From the IMG/VR virus record IMGVR_UViG_3300031787_000383: a stretch of 37,214 nt of DNA; one strand, written 5' to 3'. This document shows, one piece after another, positions 28,860 through 37,065 of this stretch. Origin of the DNA: a virus. The position numbers and the translations under genes were made by a program. A model generated the notes under the pieces. The model saw only the letters and a program-made list of their open reading frames with translations, had not been told where the DNA came from and ran no database searches. Each line of letters begins with the position of its first letter. The stretch's first letter is position 1.

Positions 28860-30380
28860 TTAAATCTCCGCGTTGGCAAGCCAGTGAATTGAGTAGCCAG
28901 TGCCAGCAGTTACTGCAGTGCTACCCGTTAACGCAAACGCGCTGTCGCCAATGTTTGCCGTTCCCGCCGTAGGCGTTACCGCCGCAATAGTTTCCCAATT
29001 GGCTGACGCGGCGTTGGGAGAGTATGTTGTGATCGTCGGCGCGGTGCGTTTAGTAACCGCAAAATTTACCGGCGCTGAGAAGGCTTGGTTAAGCACTTGC
29101 CCGGTAGCATACGCCGCACCAAGTGTTGCGCCAGTATTTTGCGCAGGGGCTGTGGCGTAAGGGAAAGATTTTTCATAATACCGTTGGCACAACGCTAACT
29201 CTGTTGCAAATGATCTGTGTTCAAACGGCGTAGCAGCATTGCCAACTTCAACTTGTACGCCGGTCAGCGCAAAAATGTTGCCTAGCGTGGCAAGCGCTTC
29301 GACTTGGTCCGGCGTGGCTACCTGATAACCTGCAGTCCAAGCGTTAGTATTTCCGGCATTTCTGGATGACCCGGCTACAAGTGTCCATCCAATGTTAACA
29401 CCTGCTCCGTTAGTCCAGTTCCAGTTTGATCCTGTAGTAATCAACCCATTGATAACTGTGATTGTTTTGTACTCCCACGTATCCGCAACGGACACTTCGT
29501 AGTTAGATATATAGTAGTAATCCACAGACGGCCATACGCCGTTGTACATCACAAGCGAATACGTTCCGGGGACAGTAGACTTAACCCAAAATGAAATGGT
29601 GAATGTTTTGTTGACTAAAACGCGCGCGTCGTACCCTTCAATGATTTGAGTCATCGTGAAGTATTCGGTCGCGCTGGGTGGTGATGTGGTTGGCGTTGTA
29701 ACCGTAAGCCTAGTGCTGTACTGAAGAGAAGGCTCTGACGCTGGGCCGTCTAACTGTTGTGTGACAGACATAACCGCCGCCGTAGCTGACATGTATGACC
29801 ATCTATCCAGCATACGCAGAGAATTATTTTTGGTGTTAGTGCCCAAAGATGTTGTTAACGCGCCCGATCCACGCTGATTAACGACCATCGACCCGTTAAT
29901 GATTTTGTTACGCATCCCTGCGAGCTGACCGCCGTTGTACGACGTAGCGACAACAGACCCGCCGGTAACGTTGCCCGTAAGGTTGCCGGTGACGTTGCCG
30001 GTTACATCGCCAATGACGTTGCCTGCGATAGGGCCGTTAATGGTTACGTTGGTAATCGTGCCGCCTGTGATAGCCACGCTGCTGGCGTTCTGCGTGGACA
30101 TAGTGCCTGCAGCAGTGATCTGATCTACGGTGTACTGCAACACGCCGGATGAGTTTTGAAGCGTAAATTTGTACGCTTCGCCAGCGAGTAACCACACATT
30201 TGCCTCGCCACGCGAATCCAACACAATTGGGTTGGTGTTAGCAGTCGTCTGCGCCGCAGTGGTGTACGTTGTCTTGGGAACGGTTGTACCCGCAAAATAG
30301 GTGTACAAAAGCCCATATGACAGCGGATTGCCGTTAGCGTCGAGAAACTGCAGCTTTGGGGTCGGCGAAATCGTAGCCAT
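28860..30380 (-). CDS. Tail fibre/tailspike protein (506 aa) with GNVTG pentapeptide repeats
   Basis: N-terminus PKLQFLDANGNPLSYGLLYTYFAGTTVPKTTYT...NPIVLDSRGEANVWL is typical of phage fibres. Contains the run GNVIGDVTGNVTGNLTGNVTGG. Confidence 0.82.
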   Translation of the reverse strand: MATISPTPKLQFLDANGNPLSYGLLYTYFAGTTVPKTTYTTAAQTTANTNPIVLDSRGEANVWLLAGEAYKFTLQNSSGVLQYTVDQITAAGTMSTQNASSVAITGGTITNVTINGPIAGNVIGDVTGNVTGNLTGNVTGGSVVATSYNGGQLAGMRNKIINGSMVVNQRGSGALTTSLGTNTKNNSLRMLDRWSYMSATAAVMSVTQQLDGPASEPSLQYSTRLTVTTPTTSPPSATEYFTMTQIIEGYDARVLVNKTFTISFWVKSTVPGTYSLVMYNGVWPSVDYYYISNYEVSVADTWEYKTITVINGLITTGSNWNWTNGAGVNIGWTLVAGSSRNAGNTNAWTAGYQVATPDQVEALATLGNIFALTGVQVEVGNAATPFEHRSFATELALCQRYYEKSFPYATAPAQNTGATLGAAYATGQVLNQAFSAPVNFAVTKRTAPTITTYSPNAASANWETIAAVTPTAGTANIGDSAFALTGSTAVTAGTGYSIHWLANAEI

Positions 30381-30388
30381 GTTCGACC

Positions 30389-31021
30389 TCAGATATTGTT
30401 CGTGACGGTCAAGATGACCGAGGGAATGCCGGGGACCGGCGGCGAAGCCGCCGCAGCAAGTATTTGACAGCTTGTGTCATCTGTTGACCACATCAGCTCA
30501 AAGTAGTCGCCAGCGTTAAATTCGTGAATAAAGTTCCACGCGGCCACAAGCTCAGAGTCATTACCTTGAATGCGGATTTGGGATGCCGAGTTGGGCACGT
30601 CTACGCCGTTAACGCGCAACCAGATATAGACGAACGCAGTCCCACCGGAAATTTTATCGAGCTGCGCGGAGAACTGAATGTTAAAGATGCCTGGCCGGTC
30701 AACGTAGATGCGTGACGTAGGCGAGCCAATTGTCACACCGCGTTGAAAGCCGACCGTATTAAAGGTCATGCCGTACGCAGTGTTGATGACGGCAGCCGTC
30801 TGCGTGGTGGTGTCGTAGAAGTACCCGTAGCGCGTGGTGATGAGCTGCGGCGTATCAATTGCCGGGATGGTCTGTACGTCTTCTAACGAGAACTGATTCT
30901 GGCCCAGCCCCAACAGCGTAAACGCATTGTTGAAGAAGCGATACCACTCACGCTGCATGACATTGTCCGGTCCTTCAATGACCGGAACACGCTGCGCCGG
31001 AATGCGCGTGATGTTAGGCAT
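30389..31021 (-). CDS. Putative receptor-binding / fibre protein (210 aa) with a C1q/TNF-like (BclA-C-like) C-terminal jelly-roll pattern
   Basis: Internal ATG (MPNITRIP...). GIFNIQFSAQL...FVYIWLRVNGVDVPNS...AGDYFELMW resembles C1q-like head domains (inference). Confidence 0.6.
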   Translation of the reverse strand: MPNITRIPAQRVPVIEGPDNVMQREWYRFFNNAFTLLGLGQNQFSLEDVQTIPAIDTPQLITTRYGYFYDTTTQTAAVINTAYGMTFNTVGFQRGVTIGSPTSRIYVDRPGIFNIQFSAQLDKISGGTAFVYIWLRVNGVDVPNSASQIRIQGNDSELVAAWNFIHEFNAGDYFELMWSTDDTSCQILAAAASPPVPGIPSVILTVTNNI

Positions 31022-32672
31022 TGGTGCCGCTCGCAATCAGCTCTGCGCCCATGATAGCCACACGCCCATAGCCAGACCCGCTGACCTCATAGACGCGATC
31101 TCGCAGCTTTTGCGTCATGCCCAGACGTCGCCAGATGACGCGCTTGCCGGTCTGACCTTCAAAGCCCATCGACGCGTTGTGCAGGCTTGACCACGTGTGG
31201 CCGCCATCGTCAGACCAACGCAAGCTGGCGATTAAATGCGAGCCAGGTGAATAGGCAATGCCGGCAGGGCCAAGATTGAACTGCGGGTTTGCAAACAATA
31301 CTGGCACGCCGTTACTGCGCAACACCGCCGGGTTTGTTACGTTGTAAATGGTTCCGTCTGACGTGCGCACTTCCCACGGTGGGCCTTGCACACCTGGTGC
31401 GGGTTGAAGCGGCGGCGGAATTTCAGACGTGCCTGCTTCGCAATCCAACTGCAGGCTATGCTGCGCCGTGCGCTTTAGATTGTTTTCGTTGGTTGGAAGC
31501 GCTCGCCAAGACCGCAGCCAAGTTTGCGGGCGCGTGTTGTAAAACTCAAAGTTAAAAAACGAAAAATCGTAATAGCCAATTACCAATAACGTGTCGTGCC
31601 CTACGTACACACGGCTGCCTAGCGCCGCCATGCAAGTAGGCGTATGTCTTTTTAGTTGCCCCGTGACACTGTCCATGTAGCCGCGTTGATGCCACATTTG
31701 CGTGGCTGCGTCGTACACCCACGTAACATTAGCGGTAGGAAACGTAAGCACATAGAACATGTGCCCGTCTTGTTGGTACGTAAAGCCGATAGCATCTGAG
31801 ATGGTGCCGTACGACTGGATAGCGTACTCAATTGCATGCGTCGAGATGCGCTGCGGCTGATAGCCGCGAGCACGGTAGACCATACCAAAGCCGCGAGCGT
31901 CTGAGCCCAGCCAAAAGACGCTGTTGTCCATCTTGGCAACAGAGTATGGCGCTGCACAGCCTGTCTCTAAAAACGCGCCTTGAATTGGCGCGAGCGGGTA
32001 GTCAGGCTGACCGGCGTCGTACCAGACCTCAGTGGAGTTGGTGCCAAAAATCCAGATTTCTTTGTGGTCGATAATCAACGACACCACGTTGTCTGGCGAG
32101 GCTTCAGCGCTGGCAAACGACAGCGGTTCAACGCTGCTGCCATCAAACAGTTCAGTCACCCACACGCGCTGGCTGTTAGGCTCGTTGAACACAAAATAGC
32201 CGTTAACATATCCAACTGTGACTGCGCCGGGAAAGTCGGGATCGCCGATTTTGGCAAACGCAGTTGTGTTGATGTTGTAGATGTAACCGTCTGGGTTGGT
32301 TGCGATGAAAATTTGCGTGCCGTTGTCGACCATGCTGACAGGCCCGCTACCCGATATGCTTGTGCTAATCGTCGTTACTACAATGTCAGGCGGTATTTGT
32401 CCAACCACAAACGATTCGTCAGCGATTAAATTTGCTACTGAAACAAATCGTGACCCGACAACCGCATACAACACGTTCTTAACAACCCACATGCCTCGAA
32501 CGCTGCCAGTGCCGGCAAACGTTAATCTTGGCCGAATCCCAGGCACACGTTGAAAGTACGCCGCCGTTTTGCCCCCGTCCGGCGTAGATTCGGGATACAT
32601 GTTGACGAGCCGATTGTCCGCAGCATTGGTGCTGCGTGCAACGTACGCGGCTCCAAGGATGGGCGACTTCAT
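31014..32672 (-). CDS. P22 gp10-like tail hub / packaged-DNA stabilisation protein (552 aa)
   Basis: N-terminus ...NAADNRLVNMYPESTP and C-terminus GKRVIWRRLGMTQKLRDRVYEV parallel P22 gp10 (...YIDYLPVNMLATP; KRVLWKRVGRIRRLIGFKLRV), recalled from memory. Confidence 0.65.
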   Translation of the reverse strand: MKSPILGAAYVARSTNAADNRLVNMYPESTPDGGKTAAYFQRVPGIRPRLTFAGTGSVRGMWVVKNVLYAVVGSRFVSVANLIADESFVVGQIPPDIVVTTISTSISGSGPVSMVDNGTQIFIATNPDGYIYNINTTAFAKIGDPDFPGAVTVGYVNGYFVFNEPNSQRVWVTELFDGSSVEPLSFASAEASPDNVVSLIIDHKEIWIFGTNSTEVWYDAGQPDYPLAPIQGAFLETGCAAPYSVAKMDNSVFWLGSDARGFGMVYRARGYQPQRISTHAIEYAIQSYGTISDAIGFTYQQDGHMFYVLTFPTANVTWVYDAATQMWHQRGYMDSVTGQLKRHTPTCMAALGSRVYVGHDTLLVIGYYDFSFFNFEFYNTRPQTWLRSWRALPTNENNLKRTAQHSLQLDCEAGTSEIPPPLQPAPGVQGPPWEVRTSDGTIYNVTNPAVLRSNGVPVLFANPQFNLGPAGIAYSPGSHLIASLRWSDDGGHTWSSLHNASMGFEGQTGKRVIWRRLGMTQKLRDRVYEVSGSGYGRVAIMGAELIASGTNA

Positions 32673-33385
32673 CAGTAATTACCGGCGAAGATGTTGTAGC
32701 GCTGGCGCGTCCCGACGATGCTGTACGGGATCGCCATAATGTCGTCAGGATTGTTGATGCGCTTTAGGTTGCGCTTAGACGTCATCGCAACCCGCTGCAC
32801 TTGGCGCGAAGGCTCGACACCAAACTCAGGCGCTAGTTCACACGCCAAGTTGTAACGGAACGCGCGCAGATAGCCTGGCGGAAACGACAGCACCGTCGCC
32901 AAGATCGCGGGGCGCGTTAGCTCTTCAACCGACACAATATGAAACTCCAGCACACGCGTCGGTACTGGATATATGTACATGTCAATGTCGGGGTAGGTCA
33001 TGTTGACCCACATGACCTGCGGATAGGTGCTTCGCACCGTCTTCAACGCAATTCCGTTGTACTGCTGCTGGTTGATGAGCTTTAAGCCGTACGAGACGCC
33101 GGTAGACGGGTCTTTGAAGTACGACGAATCATCAACCAAAATAGGCCGGTTGCCGACAAAATCGCCTGTCGGCCCCAACGTGCGGCTGATGACCGTGGCC
33201 GGCCAGCTAAAGATTTGATCTTGCGTCGCGTACACCGACAAGCGTTCGGTGTTCCACGAGTCGATCATCTGGTTCATCGCAGTCAGCGCATCGGCTGCTG
33301 ACTCGGGAGAGGGCGACTCGCCCTCTGCTACTACACCAATCAGGCGCAATGCGCCCGTGATGATGTCACCCGCTGTAGTCGCCAT
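32672..33385 (-). CDS. Head-to-tail adaptor (P22 gp4-like / T7 gp11-like N-terminal pattern), 237 aa
   Basis: AAGGAGG lies 6 nt upstream of the ATG at 33385. DIITGALRLIGVVAEGESPSPESAADALTAMNQMIDSW matches the adaptor N-terminal pattern. Confidence 0.7.
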   Translation of the reverse strand: MATTAGDIITGALRLIGVVAEGESPSPESAADALTAMNQMIDSWNTERLSVYATQDQIFSWPATVISRTLGPTGDFVGNRPILVDDSSYFKDPSTGVSYGLKLINQQQYNGIALKTVRSTYPQVMWVNMTYPDIDMYIYPVPTRVLEFHIVSVEELTRPAILATVLSFPPGYLRAFRYNLACELAPEFGVEPSRQVQRVAMTSKRNLKRINNPDDIMAIPYSIVGTRQRYNIFAGNY

Positions 33386-33572
33386 CGACCACCTCCTTGC
33401 GACGACGACCTCGGCGCGCAAGTTGGTTGATTGGCGCGCTGTCTACGGCCCCGTCAGGGTCTTCGCCAAGAGTATAGCGTGTCCAGCCGTTTTGTTCATC
33501 AAATTCGGCTTCTTGTTCGGCAATCGCTACTTTATCGCCGTGAACAGGGTGTCTCAGATAAATGATTGGCAT
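33366..33572 (-). CDS. Small acidic protein (68 aa): MPIIYLRHPVHGDKVAIAEQEAEFDEQNGWTRY...
   Basis: ORF track. The ATG lies in the T-run right after the terminator hairpin, with no SD. Confidence 0.45.
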   Translation of the reverse strand: MPIIYLRHPVHGDKVAIAEQEAEFDEQNGWTRYTLGEDPDGAVDSAPINQLARRGRRRKEVVDGDYSG

Positions 33573-33578
33573 AAAAGC

Positions 33579-33596
33579 CGGGGGCCGAAGCCCCCG
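33579..33596 (-). terminator. cUUCGg-tetraloop hairpin (7-bp GC stem) plus U-run on the leftward transcript
   Basis: Minus strand reads CGGGGGC-TTCG-GCCCCCG followed by GCTTTTAT. Confidence 0.7.
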
Positions 33597-33602
33597 TCCT
33601 GT

Positions 33603-33962
33603 TTAGGCAGCCGCCATGATGACCCAGTTGGTCCCGTCTTCGCAAACCAGCGTCGCAAACTTGCCTGCAGTCGCGGCCAGAATAGCCGTGCCTGCAGTAC
33701 CAGATGCTAGGGGTTTGACGTTTGAGGACGCCGAGATCACCGTGTAGGTGCCAGACAAGTTTTTGATGGTGACGGTCCGACCGATGTAAGCAGAACCGCT
33801 GGGCAACGTCACGGTGACGTTAGCAGCGGAACCGTTACAGATCACGTAGTTTTCCTCGTCGCCCAGCGTGAAGCTGGCGGTCTTGGTGACCGGAGCGTTG
33901 AGATAAAACGCCGTAAGAGCTGGGTCGGAATACGCAACACCAACAGGCTTGTTATTCGCCAT
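33603..33962 (-). CDS. Small beta-rich virion protein (119 aa), possible capsid decoration or accessory protein
   Basis: ORF track. AAGGAG upstream; flanked on both sides by UUCG hairpins. Confidence 0.65.
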   Translation of the reverse strand: MANNKPVGVAYSDPALTAFYLNAPVTKTASFTLGDEENYVICNGSAANVTVTLPSGSAYIGRTVTIKNLSGTYTVISASSNVKPLASGTAGTAILAATAGKFATLVCEDGTNWVIMAAA

Positions 33963-33982
33963 AGCGACGACTCCTTAAAACA

Positions 33983-33996
33983 GGGGCCGAAGCCCC
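33983..33996 (-). terminator. Second cUUCGg-tetraloop hairpin (5-bp stem) plus TGTTTT
   Basis: Minus strand reads GGGGC-TTCG-GCCCC followed by TGTTTTAAGGAG. Confidence 0.55.
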
Positions 33997-34002
33997 CGTA
34001 AA

Positions 34003-34410
34003 TTACATCAGGAACGCCGACCAGGCAGCGTCACCAGTCTTGACCAGCAGGTACGTGTGCGCGCCGAAACGCGGCACAGTCACTGAGCCGTAAACGGTGA
34101 TGCCCGATCCCGTCGTGATAGGGACGGTAGAAGACGAGCCGGAGTTGTTGTTATTGGTGATCGTTAGCTGAAACGACGAACCAACTTTAGCGCTGGGGAT
34201 AGCCGCGTCAAGATTGGCCGCCGTGTCAAACGTCACGGTCAGCGTTGCGTCACTGGCTTTTTGACAGACCACCAGACCAAGCGCCATTTGGGCGGCGGTT
34301 AGCGTGGTGTCACCAGTCAGCGTCGTCGGGATGGTTTGTACGCTCAGAACGGCTTCGGTCAAATTACCGTCGCCGACCTGATAGCCACCTGCACCATTAG
34401 GAAGAGCCAT
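34003..34410 (-). CDS. Small beta-rich virion protein (135 aa), possible capsid decoration or accessory protein
   Basis: ORF track; first gene after the coat-gene hairpin. Its layout resembles the 119-aa neighbour. Confidence 0.65.
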   Translation of the reverse strand: MALPNGAGGYQVGDGNLTEAVLSVQTIPTTLTGDTTLTAAQMALGLVVCQKASDATLTVTFDTAANLDAAIPSAKVGSSFQLTITNNNNSGSSSTVPITTGSGITVYGSVTVPRFGAHTYLLVKTGDAAWSAFLM

Positions 34411-34439
34411 GATTCAATCCTTTCAAATCTGTGAAAGGA

Positions 34440-34474
34440 CCACACTAGTCTCTGATTATTGAGAACTAGTGTGG
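34440..34474 (-). terminator. Strong hairpin (13-bp stem with one bulge, 8-nt loop) downstream of the coat gene; probable attenuator or RNA-stability element
   Basis: Minus strand reads CCACACTAGTTCTC-AATAATCA-GAGACTAGTGTGG, then TCCTTTCAC. A second 7-bp hairpin (34419-34438) includes the next gene's SD. Confidence 0.65.
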
Positions 34475-34508
34475 TCGCACTAGTACCGTACTGTCAACTC
34501 TTTGGGTG

Positions 34509-35711
34509 TCAGCCCCAGAGACGGACGGCCATCTGCGGACGGATGACAGAGTAGCCATAAAGTACATCGATGCGACATGGAAGTCTATCATTATTGATGT
34601 CGTATTGCCGTACGATACGCATCGAAATGCCGTTGTGAACCTGGCGCGAAGCCATGTCCACGCCTTGCGGCATCAGCAGGTCAGCGGTCGCAAACGAGAT
34701 CGCGTCGCGGTGATACACAAGGTTCTGCGGGTACTGAGTGCTAGCGCTTCCCAAGAAGGTCACAACTGCGCCCGACTGCGGGAACGAGTCCACGGTCGCC
34801 AGAGCTTGCGAGCTGGTGTAGATCGCCGGGCTCACGCTGACCGTGTACGCGCCACCAGTCGCCGTAGCGTCAGCGGTCGCTACAAACTGCTGCAGCGAAC
34901 CCGTCGACTCACGGGTCTGCGGGTTGACCGCAAACACGTTGGCGATGGTAAACACGTCACCTTGCTTAATGACTTGCGAACCCGTGCCGGTGATGGCGAT
35001 GGTGGTCGCGCCTTGCGAGGACACGGTGGTCGTCACAGTATGCGCGCCCGTGCGGGTGCCGGTCGTGAACTGCTTGATCGACTGGGACATGTTGACTTCG
35101 TCAAGCCCGAGGATGCCTTCGCCCATTATGCCGTTTTTAAACTGACGGCTGATGGTGGAGGTCGGGTTAAAGAGGCCTTTCATGCCTTCGACCAGCGCTG
35201 CGTTGGCCGCCGGGTTGACGGTCGCGTAGCGGGGGCTCATAACAGCAGCGGCTTCGTTCAGCTTCTGCTGCGCCTGCAGCAGCACGAGGCTAGTGCCGGG
35301 GGTCGTGCCGGGGGTGCCAACCGACTGATAGACGTTACGGAAGGCGTTGGCAACGTCAGCGTCGATGCTGGCTGCGAGCTGGCTGATACGAGGCTTCAGA
35401 ACCCGTTCTGCGAAGTCATCGAGCTGCATGGTCAGCTCAGCGGTCGTGAAGTTCACGCCAATGTGCTTTTGGCTCGACACGGTCAGGGTGGTGAACTGTT
35501 CCTGATCGTCTTGAACTTGCAGCGCGGCACCGTCGGTCACCAGCGCGCGGTCCGGCAGACGGATGCGCAGGGTGGAGCCGATTTTTGCGCCTTGAACAGC
35601 AAACGAGTCGTCGTATTGACGGTTAACGTTGCGGGTGATCACCAGGTTGTTCTCGAGGATTTCGAGCGCCTTCCGGGTGATCATGTCAATCGTTAAGATT
35701 GAGTTAGCCAT
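34509..35711 (-). CDS. Major capsid (coat) protein, 400 aa, P22-coat-like family N-terminus
   Basis: Follows the scaffold gene and is followed by a strong hairpin. N-terminus MANSILTIDMITRKALEILENNLVITRNVNRQYDDSF...GSTLRIRLPDR is typical of that coat family (from memory). Confidence 0.85.
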   Translation of the reverse strand: MANSILTIDMITRKALEILENNLVITRNVNRQYDDSFAVQGAKIGSTLRIRLPDRALVTDGAALQVQDDQEQFTTLTVSSQKHIGVNFTTAELTMQLDDFAERVLKPRISQLAASIDADVANAFRNVYQSVGTPGTTPGTSLVLLQAQQKLNEAAAVMSPRYATVNPAANAALVEGMKGLFNPTSTISRQFKNGIMGEGILGLDEVNMSQSIKQFTTGTRTGAHTVTTTVSSQGATTIAITGTGSQVIKQGDVFTIANVFAVNPQTRESTGSLQQFVATADATATGGAYTVSVSPAIYTSSQALATVDSFPQSGAVVTFLGSASTQYPQNLVYHRDAISFATADLLMPQGVDMASRQVHNGISMRIVRQYDINNDRLPCRIDVLYGYSVIRPQMAVRLWG

Positions 35712-35737
35712 GATCTATGGTCCTTTGAAAGTTGTAG

Positions 35738-36520
35738 TTAACGCATGCCGTGTTTTGCTTCCCACATCCGAATCTGGCGCTGCCGTTCGGCTTCGATCCA
35801 CTCGCTCGTGCTCATAGACTTCAGTGAGCGCGGGTCTGTGGTGTCGTAAGCCGGGCCGCGAGACGAGCCAGCGGCAACAGGTTGAATCGGCGCAGGGGCG
35901 TTGGACGGCTTCTTAACAGGTGGGCTCGATGCCACTTTGGCTTCGATTTTCCCGATTTCTTTAGCCTGCAAAATCGGCGATAGGCGCGAGATGCGATCTG
36001 CTTCTTTCGGGTTGAGCCCAAGGTAGTACGCTACATCGGGGCCAACGTCGGACGCCTGAATCGTCTGGGCCATCACGGTGGTGATCTTCAGACTTGGGTT
36101 GTACGCAACAGCTTCAAAATCTTCGTACTTGTCCCGAGCCTGCTCTTCCTTATCGTGATACGACTCCAGAATCGCTGTTTGTTGACGCTCCAGTTCCCGT
36201 TGTTGCAAAAGCTGTTCGGCCTTTTGAGCTGCCAGTGCTTCGGCGTATTGCTCAACTGACTCAAACTGACTTTGCGAAACAGGCGCGGGGGCTGCAACTT
36301 GCGGTGCTGCGACAGGCGCTTTACTGCGATCACGTTCCCACGTTCTACGCTCTCTTGCGAGGCGTTTTCCAATCATTGCGTCCACTTCTTCTTGCGTGAA
36401 CGTTTTGACTGTCTCCGGCGATGCTTCAACGGTTTCAGGCGTAGCCGTTACGACCTGTTCCGGCGCGGGCGCTTGCGCCGTTTCCGGCGCGTCCGCTACA
36501 ACTTCAGGAGTGTTTTCCAT
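35738..36520 (-). CDS. Scaffolding protein (260 aa)
   Basis: Ala/Glu/Gln/Pro-rich and predicted helical; immediately upstream of the coat gene. Confidence 0.7.
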   Translation of the reverse strand: MENTPEVVADAPETAQAPAPEQVVTATPETVEASPETVKTFTQEEVDAMIGKRLARERRTWERDRSKAPVAAPQVAAPAPVSQSQFESVEQYAEALAAQKAEQLLQQRELERQQTAILESYHDKEEQARDKYEDFEAVAYNPSLKITTVMAQTIQASDVGPDVAYYLGLNPKEADRISRLSPILQAKEIGKIEAKVASSPPVKKPSNAPAPIQPVAAGSSRGPAYDTTDPRSLKSMSTSEWIEAERQRQIRMWEAKHGMR

Positions 36521-36534
36521 GTCTACTCATAAGA

Positions 36535-36558
36535 GTACCTGGTGAACCGCACCAGTAC
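36535..36558 (-). promoter_or_regulatory. Stem-loop between the fibre cassette and the scaffold gene
   Basis: gtacCtggtg-aaccg-caccagtac (9 bp with one bulge). No U-run follows. Confidence 0.35.
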
Positions 36559-36584
36559 GGGTGTAAATTTATACAGTAGTCAGA

Positions 36585-36740
36585 TCAACTGTCAAGTTTT
36601 GCTGGCGGTGGGACTTGCTGCTCGATCTGCGCTTTCAGTTTCTGCCAGATGGCGACCGACACTTCCAGCGGCAACTTGCCTAGGCCCATCGCAATGATGT
36701 TGGCTTCCTCGACCGTGATCTTGATCTCAAACTCTTGCAT
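36585..36740 (-). CDS. Small protein (51 aa): MQEFEIKITVEEANIIAMGLGKLPLEVSVAIWQKLKAQIEQQVPPPAKLDS
   Basis: Hand-translated. The ATG lies 1 nt after the stop of the 106-aa gene. Confidence 0.45.
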   Translation of the reverse strand: MQEFEIKITVEEANIIAMGLGKLPLEVSVAIWQKLKAQIEQQVPPPAKLDS

Positions 36741-36741
36741 G

Positions 36742-37062
36742 TCAGGCAGCCCAGGGCGGTGCAAGCGTCACAATCGTCGGGAATGCTTGCGCCTGAATCT
36801 GCGCGTTGACAGCGGCTTCTGTCGCGTCTTTGTCCACACCGTTTGCCCAAATCCAGTCCAGCACCTGCTGCTGGGTCAGGTCGGGGTAGGGTGTGAAGGT
36901 ATCCTCTGGCGCAGGCAGCGTGCAGGTCGCGTAGACGCTGCCGCTGTAACTCTTGCCGTCGATTTCTTGCGTGTCGTTGCACTGCCAGTGGACAACGGTC
37001 ACAATATCCTGCCGGTCGCCTTCCTGGGCCACGCACTGCATGGAGGAGATGTTCCAGTTCAT
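36742..37062 (-). CDS. Hypothetical protein (106 aa) immediately downstream of the S74 fibre
   Basis: ORF track. Its SD (AAAGGAGCC) is embedded in the last fibre codons. Confidence 0.65.
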   Translation of the reverse strand: MNWNISSMQCVAQEGDRQDIVTVVHWQCNDTQEIDGKSYSGSVYATCTLPAPEDTFTPYPDLTQQQVLDWIWANGVDKDATEAAVNAQIQAQAFPTIVTLAPPWAA

Positions 37063-37065
37063 TTT

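Noticed and set aside
34506-35696. 396-aa plus-strand ORF covering the whole coat-gene region
   Set aside because: It is exactly antisense to a gene with a convincing coat-protein translation, SD and terminator. The product is Arg/Gly/Ala/His-rich low-complexity sequence, typical of antisense frames in GC-rich DNA.
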